A DNA stretch of 32,000 bases from Candidatus Electronema halotolerans (GTDB lineage: Bacteria; Desulfobacterota; Desulfobulbia; Desulfobulbales; Desulfobulbaceae), in assembly GCA_942493095.1 (NCBI GenBank), contig OW818675.1, forward strand, positions 3,167,951-3,199,950, read 5' to 3'. Below are positions 18,475 through 25,428 of this stretch, piece by piece. Positions within the stretch are counted from its first letter, which is position 1, and each line of letters opens with the position of its first letter. The notes below the pieces were generated by a model. It was not told where the DNA came from. It saw only the letters and a program-made list of their open reading frames with translations, and made no database searches. A program made the position numbers and the translations under genes.

Positions 18475-19473
18475 ATGCAGCTTTACACTGACTTGCAGGA
18501 AATCACCCGGCCCTTTCACCGCCCGGTTGTCACGATTGGCAACTTTGACGGTGTGCATATTGGCCATCAGCTTCTTTTCAGTGAAGTCGCGCTCCGGGCA
18601 CGGCGCATTGGCGGCACCTCGGTTGCCATCACCTTTGATCCTCATCCGCTGAAAGTGCTGCGGCCAGAAGGCATTCCCCTGATTTCCTGCATCAATCAGA
18701 AAATTGAGCTGATCCGCATGGCTGGCGTTGACGCGCTGATCATCATTCCCTTCAGCCGTCAGTTTGCCCGGACCACGGCCACTGATTTTGTCGAAACAGT
18801 GCTCTTCGGCCTGATCGGCGTGCATGAGCTGGTGGTTGGCTATGACTACGCCTTTGGCCGGGGCCGGGAGGGAAATATTGATTTTCTCCGGCAGCAGGGG
18901 GAGGAAAGGGGCTTTCCTGTCACTGTGGTTGAGGCCCATTATGAGGACGGGCTGCCGGTTTCCAGCACCCGCATCCGACAGTTGGTCATGGAAGGTCGGA
19001 TGGAGGAGGCTTGCAGGCTGCTGGGCCGCTGCTATCATATTCACGGCACAGTCCAGCGGGGCAGGCAGCGAGGCAGGCAGTTAGGTTTTCCCACTGCCAA
19101 TCTGCATCTTTCCGCCGAAGACCTCTGCCCGAAAAAAGGCGTTTATGTCACCCAGGTGCTCTGCGGCGGCAAGACCTATGGCAGCATTTCCAATATTGGC
19201 CACAATCCCACTTTCGGCGGCGGCGGGCTGGTGGCGGAAACTCATATTTTTGATTTTAACACTGATATTTACGACCAGCCGATTCAGCTCAATCTGCTCC
19301 GCCATCTGCGCGGAGAGATCAAGTTCGGCTCGGCAGACGAGCTGGCCGCGCAGATTTGCAAAGATGTGGCAACGGCCCGGCAAGTCCTCGCAGATACGGC
19401 CAAAGAGCGGCTGCTTTCCTGCGAGGAGCGGTTTACCCAGCAGATGCTGGTCTCTGAAGCTGAAGAAAGCTGA
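18475..19473 (+). CDS. ribF: Bifunctional riboflavin kinase / FAD synthetase
   Basis: VTIGNFDGVHIGHQLLF, ITFDPHPLKVL, VVGYDYAFGRGREG, RQLGFPTANLHL, KKGVYVTQVLCGGKTYGSISNIGHNPTFGG. Confidence 0.96.
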   Translation: MQLYTDLQEITRPFHRPVVTIGNFDGVHIGHQLLFSEVALRARRIGGTSVAITFDPHPLKVLRPEGIPLISCINQKIELIRMAGVDALIIIPFSRQFARTTATDFVETVLFGLIGVHELVVGYDYAFGRGREGNIDFLRQQGEERGFPVTVVEAHYEDGLPVSSTRIRQLVMEGRMEEACRLLGRCYHIHGTVQRGRQRGRQLGFPTANLHLSAEDLCPKKGVYVTQVLCGGKTYGSISNIGHNPTFGGGGLVAETHIFDFNTDIYDQPIQLNLLRHLRGEIKFGSADELAAQICKDVATARQVLADTAKERLLSCEERFTQQMLVSEAEES

Positions 19474-19501
19474 GAGGGCGAAGCGCGCAGGCTCCGCCCT
19501 C
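19474..19501. terminator. GC-rich hairpin between convergent ribF and porin genes
   Basis: GAGGGCG(19474-19480) and CGCCCTC(19495-19501) form a perfect 7-bp stem between the two stops. There is no long T tract, so the terminator role is uncertain. Confidence 0.35.
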
Positions 19502-19518
19502 TGCCAGTTCTGCGGCTC

Positions 19519-20637
19519 TCAGAAGCTCAAGCGCACACCGGCCATGACCAAAGTAACATCCTCATAATCAGCCTTGGTGTCATCCTCCAGCGACAAGGTG
19601 CGGCAGCCCGCATAAAGCTGGGTGTTCCAGTCAGCCAGCTCTTGGACAAACTGCAGCCCATAGCCGCTGGCCTCCTGGCCAATGTCAAAGGCGGCGGCAT
19701 TTTCAAACACGCCGTAATCAATAGAAATGGATGTTGAGCCAATGGGCTGGGCAAATGTGTAGCCGAGCTTGCCGTAGAAGAAGGTCGGGTCATCGCCGTT
19801 CGCTGGCATGTCGCTCACATCAATGGTTGAAGCCGCGACCGTGAGGTTCAAGCCGGTGGAAAAGAGCACGGAAACGGAGCCGTTGATCTGGCTCCAGCCC
19901 TCGTCCGCATTGGACCAAGCGACTTCAGCTTCCAACTGGTTGCCGTTAAATTCACCGGCATACTCCAAGGCAACATCGCCGATCTCATCCTCGCCTATCG
20001 CTCCGCTGAGAGTGAAGCCGCCAAAGCTGGGCGTGTCGTAGCGAACCCGGTTGGCCTTGCCCAGACCTTCGGAAGAAATGCCGCCGTTGGTCACAGACTC
20101 CACGGTGAAATCCTCGCTGTACGCTTTCGCCGCCGCATCAAAGAAGCTCAAACCGCCGCCGACATCACCAAAACCGACATTGCCGACAATGTCAGTGCCG
20201 GACAGATCGTGCTCCGAGCTGACATCAGAGGCCATCTCGCCCTTGCCGAGCGAGACCTTGCCGAGCTGGCCTTCAAGATACAGCTCAACCAATTGTGCAT
20301 CGAATTCACCGGCAATGCTCTCCTCATCCATAGACACGGCATTGGATGGATTGCTCTGCCAGACATACTCAAGATTGCCGCCCACGTTCAGGCACTGGGT
20401 TGCCGCCACCTCCCCGGTCAGGCCGATAAGGGTCTCTGAGTTGGTGTTGTCAACATGAAAGAACTTTTCCTGATTGCCGTCATCAGCATACATGACAGCC
20501 CGGTTTATTGCACCGTAGAGCTGGAGCTGCACCTTGTCGCTGCCAGACTGGATTTCCAAAGCCGAAGCTGAGGAAGCGGCGGCAAGCAGCAGGGATGCGG
20601 CAAGCACGGTCAGTGTTCCCTTGGTCTGATTCTTCAT
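19519..20637 (-). CDS. Gram-negative outer-membrane porin
   Basis: 372 aa. Signal peptide MKNQTKGTLTVLAASLLLAAASSASA, then VQLQLYGAINRAVMYADDG...RVRYDTPSFGGFTLSGAIG, ending VMAGVRLSF with a terminal Phe. Confidence 0.9.
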   Translation of the reverse strand: MKNQTKGTLTVLAASLLLAAASSASALEIQSGSDKVQLQLYGAINRAVMYADDGNQEKFFHVDNTNSETLIGLTGEVAATQCLNVGGNLEYVWQSNPSNAVSMDEESIAGEFDAQLVELYLEGQLGKVSLGKGEMASDVSSEHDLSGTDIVGNVGFGDVGGGLSFFDAAAKAYSEDFTVESVTNGGISSEGLGKANRVRYDTPSFGGFTLSGAIGEDEIGDVALEYAGEFNGNQLEAEVAWSNADEGWSQINGSVSVLFSTGLNLTVAASTIDVSDMPANGDDPTFFYGKLGYTFAQPIGSTSISIDYGVFENAAAFDIGQEASGYGLQFVQELADWNTQLYAGCRTLSLEDDTKADYEDVTLVMAGVRLSF

Positions 20638-20688
20638 TTCTTCATTCTCCTTCTATTATTATACAGGTTGATTTGCAGCAGCCGCATT

Positions 20689-21066
20689 TCATTGCGCTGC
20701 TGTTTTTTTCTGACCCGCAGCAGCCTGCTCCTCAGCGGCGGCTGCGAGAAAATCCTCTTTAGTCAGGTCAAAATCCGCCTCATGCGATTCATCCACTTGC
20801 AGAATGATGGTCATGTCGCCTTGACAGGGCGGGACAAAGTCAAACTTGCCCTCCTTGTCAGTTCTGCCTGCAAGTTTTTTTTCTCCTTTGTCATTGACGA
20901 CAAAGATCGTGCCATTCTGCACTTTTTTGTTGCCGCCCATGAACGAGCCTTCGACATAAACCCGGCCTTTCTCCACATAGCACCAGAGAACAACGGCATG
21001 GGCATGAGCTGAGGCGGCAAAAGCCAACAGCAGCAGAAAACTGGCTGTCATCCTGAAAAATTTCAT
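20689..21066 (-). CDS. Small exported hypothetical protein (carboxypeptidase-regulatory-like fold)
   Basis: Start MKFFRMTASFLLLLAFAASAHAHAVVLWCYVEKGRVYVEGSF...GTIFVVNDKGEKKLAGRTDKEGKFDFVPP. Confidence 0.6.
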   Translation of the reverse strand: MKFFRMTASFLLLLAFAASAHAHAVVLWCYVEKGRVYVEGSFMGGNKKVQNGTIFVVNDKGEKKLAGRTDKEGKFDFVPPCQGDMTIILQVDESHEADFDLTKEDFLAAAAEEQAAAGQKKTAAQ

Positions 21067-21100
21067 CTTCCGAATTATCTTTTCTGTCGGCAGCGACAGG

Positions 21101-21418
21101 TTAATCAGCCGCCTTGCGGCGCATTTCATAGGTGATCACGGAAAAGACTTTGAAGCGGTGCTGCTCATCTTTGCGGACAGTTTTATAAAAATGGCATTCC
21201 TGACAAGCGGCGACTTTCTCGGCATAGCTGCCCTGCACCTCACCGCGACAGAGTGTGCCTGGAATGACCCAGCAGCAGCGGCCCGCGTTTTTGCCGTCGT
21301 GAATGCCGTCCGCCCGCTGCTCCGCCGCCGCAGGGCAGACCCCGCGCTCGGCAGTGTTGCTGCCGCCCGGCTCCAGACCGCACTGCTCAATCTCCCAGCA
21401 ATTCAGTTTCTGTTCCAT
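21101..21418 (-). CDS. Two-CW domain-containing protein
   Basis: 105 aa. MEQKLNCWEIEQCGLEPGG...GRCCWVIPGTLCRG...CQECHFYK: two CW motifs with conserved Cys spacing. Confidence 0.75.
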   Translation of the reverse strand: MEQKLNCWEIEQCGLEPGGSNTAERGVCPAAAEQRADGIHDGKNAGRCCWVIPGTLCRGEVQGSYAEKVAACQECHFYKTVRKDEQHRFKVFSVITYEMRRKAAD

Positions 21419-21421
21419 GCT

Positions 21422-21591
21422 TCATCCGCCTTTGTCAATTAAAAAAGTGATGCTGCATTTTTCCCGCATCCGCCTGGCAGCACCTTGCAACTGCTGCTGC
21501 ACACTGGGCTGATTTTCTTCACCATCAAGAAGCGGAGCGGCCACAAAGAGAACGGTCAGTGCCGCTGCCAGGCAACTTGCTGTTTTTTCAT
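21422..21591 (-). pseudogene. Small exported protein gene with an apparent 1-nt deletion in an A6 tract
   Basis: Minus strand reads ATG AAA AAA CAG ... to an early stop (MKKQQVAWQRH*). The adjacent frame is open to TGA at 21422 and, with one extra A, gives MKKTASCLAAALTVLFVAAPLLDGEENQPSVQQQLQGAARRMREKCSITFLIDKGG*. Confidence 0.5.
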
Positions 21592-21991
21592 GCAATCACA
21601 CCATGCTGAGAAAGAAAGGAGGCTCTGCTCTGTCCGCAGGCTCAGTTGATGCCAATCCATTTCCAGCCGCGCTTGTCCAAGAGGGCTGCTCTTCTGCTGC
21701 CGTAACAATCGATGACGGCAAGGCGTAACAGCAGACAGATTGCGGCGGCCAGCCCCAAAACTTCATGGCCAGCTGCCAGCAAACGAGCAATCACTTGGTT
21801 TGCTGGGGAAACAGGGCGGTTCATAGTTTAATTATTTTGACAAAACGTGCTGCGTCACCCGAAGAGGTATCACTATTTTTACAATTAAGCAACTTTTTTT
21901 TCGGGTCATCGCCCTGTTGAGCGTTATTTTTTACGGCCAATATATGCGTCCCAAATATGGTCTGTCAGGCTTGCCGTCATTGCCGGTGTGC

Positions 21992-22066
21992 GCGGCAGGC
22001 AAGGGCATCGACCTTGTTGCCACTGGCGATTTCATCCCATCCAAGCTGGTTCCGCCTCAAGCAGCT
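21992..22066 (+). repeat. Decayed, internally deleted copy of the 5' part of the PHP-UvrD gene
   Basis: 21992-22034 matches 25516-25558 at 40 of 43 bases. Then CCCATCC..GCTGGTTC aligns with a 1-nt insertion, and CCGCCTCAAGCAGC matches CCGCCTCAAACAGC near 25620, implying an internal deletion. Confidence 0.8.
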
Positions 22067-22252
22067 CTGCGCAACTCTGCAATTTCTCTCTTGACAAGCA
22101 TGGCCAGCCGAAATAAATTCGGCAGTTGCGCTTCATAACTACTTCTTGCCGGGAGAGCACCATTCCCCCAACTGAACAGGTCGCTGCTGCTGGGAGTGAA
22201 TTCCTGCCCTCCTCTTGAACCCTCGAACAAAATACCATCCATATCCAACGAG

Positions 22253-22528
22253 ATGAATACGATTCACGTGGAAAAGAATCCTGCCGAGCACAGGTTGCAG
22301 CAGCTCGGAGTGCGGAGCTGGGCAATTTGGACAAAAGAGGCATCCAGCTTTCCGTGGCATTATGACGAGCAGGAGACCTGCTATTTCCTCGAAGGCAGCG
22401 TTGTTGTCACGCCTGCAAATGGCGAGCCGGTACAGATCAGCAAAGGCGATCTTGTCACTTTTCCTGAAGGAATGGATTGCGTCTGGGAGATTAAAGAACC
22501 TGTCCGCAAGCATTATCTTTTTGGATAA
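22253..22528 (+). CDS. Cupin-domain protein (DUF861-like)
   Basis: MNTIHVEKNPAEHRLQQLGVRSWAIWTKEASSFPWHYDEQETCYFLEGSVVVTPANGEPVQISKGDLVTFPEGMDCVWEIKEPVRKHYLF. Confidence 0.85.
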   Translation: MNTIHVEKNPAEHRLQQLGVRSWAIWTKEASSFPWHYDEQETCYFLEGSVVVTPANGEPVQISKGDLVTFPEGMDCVWEIKEPVRKHYLFG

Positions 22529-22548
22529 GGCAGCTAATAAGCATAACC

Positions 22549-22986
22549 ATGTCACGAAGAGATAGTTATCATGATGTTGTAAAATACTTGCTTATACAAG
22601 AAGGGTGGAGTGTCACGCACGATCCGTACATATTCGGAACTGATCCTAAATTGTTAGCAGATTTGGGAGCGGAGAGGGTGATAGCCGCTGAACGTAAGCA
22701 TGAAAAGATTGTTGTCGAAATCAAGAGCTTTCTGCGCACGTCTCAGGTTGCCGATTTTGAGGATGCTGTCGGCAAGTACAGTGTGTACAATATTTTTCTC
22801 CAACAGCAGGAACCGGACAGGAGATTGTGGCTGGCCGTCCCGCTTCATGCAGCCGAAAATATCCTCAGCCGAGAGGTGGGGCGGGTTACGCTTGAAGCGA
22901 TGAGGATTCCTGTTATTGTCTATTCATTAACCGGAGAGGAGCCTTTGATATGGAAAATTCCGAAGAATTCTACAGGCAGTGTGTGA
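22549..22986 (+). CDS. xisH: XisH family protein (fdxN element excision controlling factor-like)
   Basis: 145 aa. MSRRDSYHDVVKYLLIQEGWSVTHDPY...LLADLGAERVIAAERKHEKIVVEIKSFLRTSQVADFEDAVGKYSVYNIFL. PD-(D/E)XK-like arrangement and a xisI gene directly overlapping. Confidence 0.88.
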   Translation: MSRRDSYHDVVKYLLIQEGWSVTHDPYIFGTDPKLLADLGAERVIAAERKHEKIVVEIKSFLRTSQVADFEDAVGKYSVYNIFLQQQEPDRRLWLAVPLHAAENILSREVGRVTLEAMRIPVIVYSLTGEEPLIWKIPKNSTGSV

Positions 22987-23303
22987 AAAAGTTTCTGGCA
23001 TCTTATGAATCTTTAAAAACGAACGATTCGCAGATAGAACTTATCTTTGATGATGTACGGATGCGGTACATGGCCGTTTGGGTAGGATGGCAGAAGCACA
23101 AACGAATTCATGAGTGCGCTGTTCATATTGATATATCTGACGGAGATGTGGTTATTCAGCGGAACGACACGGAAGATATGCTTGATGAAGAGCTGATAAA
23201 AATGGGAATTCCGAAATCGCGCATACGATCGGAGATTATTCCTCCTGAAGCTCGGTTTTATTTGGAAGAAGGGAGGCGCGGTGCAGAATCGCCGGGTGCG
23301 TGA
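22950..23303 (+). CDS. xisI: XisI family protein
   Basis: 117 aa overlapping xisH by 37 nt. YDVRMRYMAVWVGWQKHKRIHECAVHIDISDGDVVIQRNDTEDMLDEELIKMGIPKSRI-type sequence, characteristic of XisI. Confidence 0.87.
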   Translation: MENSEEFYRQCVKKFLASYESLKTNDSQIELIFDDVRMRYMAVWVGWQKHKRIHECAVHIDISDGDVVIQRNDTEDMLDEELIKMGIPKSRIRSEIIPPEARFYLEEGRRGAESPGA

Positions 23304-23366
23304 GGTCTGTTTCTGTGAAACGAAAGCGGAGAGATTTTATTGTTTCTATGTAACGGAGTATTGTTT

Positions 23367-23576
23367 ATGATTGCCAAAGATATGCTTGCTCAGATTCAAC
23401 ATGCGCCGCTGGCAGAGCGCATACAGCTTATTGAGCTTATTTTGAGGTCATTGAAAGAGGATATACAGTCCAGCATCTCCAGCACGTCTCGACGGAAATC
23501 ATTTAAAGTACGCAAGTTTCATCTTGGGCAGGAAGTTGCTTGTGATCGTGATGAAATCTATGCTGAACGAGGGTAA
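23367..23576 (+). CDS. Antitoxin of a PIN-toxin addiction module
   Basis: MIAKDMLAQIQHAPLAERIQLIELILRSLKED...SFKVRKFHLGQEVACDRDEIYAERG, 8 nt before the PIN gene. Confidence 0.7.
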   Translation: MIAKDMLAQIQHAPLAERIQLIELILRSLKEDIQSSISSTSRRKSFKVRKFHLGQEVACDRDEIYAERG

Positions 23577-23584
23577 GAAGACAC

Positions 23585-24055
23585 ATGCTCTTTGCAATTG
23601 ATACGAACCTGCTGGTTTATGCCCATAATTCAGATTCTGAATTTCATCAGCAAGCTGCCCAGTTCATCGAACGCATGTTCAATGAGTATGATGCGGACGG
23701 GCAGTTGTCTGTTTGTCTTTCAACGCAGGTGCTGACAGAGTTTATCAATGTCATGACACGACAGATGCTGCGGAGGCCTCTGTCAATTCAAGAAGCAGCA
23801 GATGTTGTGCAGGATTATCTTGACACTGGAGTTCTTGTTCTTTCCCATAAGGAAACGCAGATGCAAACGTTTCTGACGCTGTTGAAAACAGTCACAACAC
23901 GCAAAAAGATGTTTGATGTGGTGCTTGCCGCGACATTGAAAGATCATGAGATTGCCGGATTGTACACGGTGAATACCGTTGACTTTGAAGATTTTGAATG
24001 GCTGAAGGTGATCAATCCGCTCAAGACAGACGGTGAAGAGCAATCCTTCGCTTGA
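23585..24055 (+). CDS. PIN-domain ribonuclease toxin (VapC-like)
   Basis: MLFAIDTNLLVYAHN...STQVLTEFINVMTR...KKMFDVVLAATLKDHEIAGLYTVNTVDFEDFEWLKVINP: conserved acidic positions of the PIN fold. Confidence 0.88.
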   Translation: MLFAIDTNLLVYAHNSDSEFHQQAAQFIERMFNEYDADGQLSVCLSTQVLTEFINVMTRQMLRRPLSIQEAADVVQDYLDTGVLVLSHKETQMQTFLTLLKTVTTRKKMFDVVLAATLKDHEIAGLYTVNTVDFEDFEWLKVINPLKTDGEEQSFA

Positions 24056-24177
24056 TGAGATGCAGCCAAGGGGTGGTGTTAGAGGTTTTGCAGGGGAAGA
24101 GAAATTTGGATATCAGGCAGATAAAAGCATTAAGCACCAGATTCAATGTGTCGCCTTTGGTATTCATTCAGGAATAG
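24055..24177 (+). pseudogene. C-terminal remnant of a HigA/XRE-type antitoxin
   Basis: Short frame ATG 24055 (ATGA overlap with PIN stop) to TAG 24177: MRCSQGVVLEVLQGKRNLDIRQIKALSTRFNVSPLVFIQE*. This matches the 'vLxGKRxLsixqIkkLaxrFxVSPavFi' tail of HigA-like antitoxins and lacks the HTH half. Confidence 0.65.
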
Positions 24178-24320
24178 TGTGCGGCAGGGCTGGAAATGGG
24201 TAAGCGGGCGAAAAAGAAATGATGCGAGAACGCATCCTACGAGACTTTGGCTCAAATTGTTTGATTTCGTTTCACTCAAGCAGGCCTGCTAAACTATTTA
24301 AATTACAAAATAATATACCA

Positions 24321-24830
24321 ATGAGCAATGTTCGTCCGAATCTGAAGGCATTCAAGGATCGAGAAGATTTAGTCTTTGTCGTAGATCGTTTCAATGCGCT
24401 TGAGGATAATCTTACAAGTATCCTGACGAGAGAGATTGGCGTACCTAAAGAACAAGAATCCTTTGTCCGGGATATTGTTTTCAACAATACAATTGTATCT
24501 TTTTCGGCAAAAGTGAAATTATTTTTACACTTGCGGTCAATACGGAATTGGCCGAAAATTGATCCCAAAGATTTTCACCGGCTGATGCACATCCGTAATC
24601 AGTTCGCTCATTGCAATCCAACGCAATATATTCATGTCACCATGAACAAAGGAGATAAGCCCGTTCAATCTGAAGTAAAAATCATGCTCGAATCGCTGAG
24701 TAATGCGGGGGAGATTGTTTCAGTCGAGTCTTCGATAGCACTCAAAGAATTCACAGAGATATATGATCGACTCAGGACGTACCTGTTTAAGGTGTCACAA
24801 GCAGATTCACCTGATGATAAGATGGTTTGA
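24321..24830 (+). CDS. MltR/HEPN-like hypothetical protein with RX4H motif
   Basis: Likely start at 24321 (MSNVRPNLKAFKDREDLVFVVDRFNALEDNL). NTIVSFSAKVKLFLHL and FHRLMHIRNQFAHCNP contain R-N-Q-F-A-H. An upstream start at 24219 is possible. Confidence 0.6.
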   Translation: MSNVRPNLKAFKDREDLVFVVDRFNALEDNLTSILTREIGVPKEQESFVRDIVFNNTIVSFSAKVKLFLHLRSIRNWPKIDPKDFHRLMHIRNQFAHCNPTQYIHVTMNKGDKPVQSEVKIMLESLSNAGEIVSVESSIALKEFTEIYDRLRTYLFKVSQADSPDDKMV

Positions 24831-24911
24831 AATATGGAGGATTCCGGTCAAGCATCCCTACGTAACTAATATTAAATATACACATATAAATCCAACTCCA
24901 TATCTGCAATT

Positions 24912-25304
24912 ATGAACGAGAACGAAAAGAAGCTATCATTTGAATTGCAAGTTGAAAGGAATAAAAATGGACAACTCGAAGAGAAAATCGAGCAACAGAA
25001 AAAAGAGATTCAAATTATAGCATCTATTTTAATAGTAACATTGATTATTTTATTTTTCTTTCTGTATGCTAATTATAAATATGAAATGGAGAAAATTTAC
25101 CAAAGTACCATTTTTATGGCAATTGCTGGGGCAATTTTTTTATTTTTTTACAAAATATATCCAAAAATATCATCCATGATTTTTTGTAGTTTTTTTGTAT
25201 TAGCTGCATATAAAAAGGGTGGTTTTATAGACTGGTCTTTTGGAATACTTTTCGCAATTTTATTCATATTTAATTTTTTCAAAAAAAATGATGCCTCCAT
25301 GTAG
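24912..25304 (+). CDS. Coiled-coil plus multi-TM small membrane protein
   Basis: 130 aa. Charged heptad-like N-terminus (KKLSFELQVERNKNGQLEEKIEQQKKEIQ), then several hydrophobic helices (IIASILIVTLIILFFFLYAN, STIFMAIAGAIFLFFY, IFCSFFVLAAY, FGILFAILFIFNFF). AT-rich. Confidence 0.6.
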   Translation: MNENEKKLSFELQVERNKNGQLEEKIEQQKKEIQIIASILIVTLIILFFFLYANYKYEMEKIYQSTIFMAIAGAIFLFFYKIYPKISSMIFCSFFVLAAYKKGGFIDWSFGILFAILFIFNFFKKNDASM

Positions 25305-25428
25305 TTCTGCTTGAGTGCAACAAAAGCGGACAACGAAATTCAACGACCATCTCAGTCCATTTTGCCGCTTCCATCGCTTCAAAGTCCATTGGAATTGCCC
25401 CCTTTCCAACTTGCATCCACACTTTCCC

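Noticed and set aside
21642-21824. 60-aa minus-strand ORF MNRPVSPANQVIARLLAAGHEVLGLAAAICLLLRLAVIDCYGSRR...
   Set aside because: Has a hydrophobic stretch but no recognisable family or clear ribosome site; could be real, but the sequence alone does not support a call.
21857-21908. Inverted repeat ACCCGAA...TTCGGGT near the left edge of the island
   Set aside because: Arms are only 7 bp with a loop of roughly 36 nt; not convincing as a terminator or attachment site.
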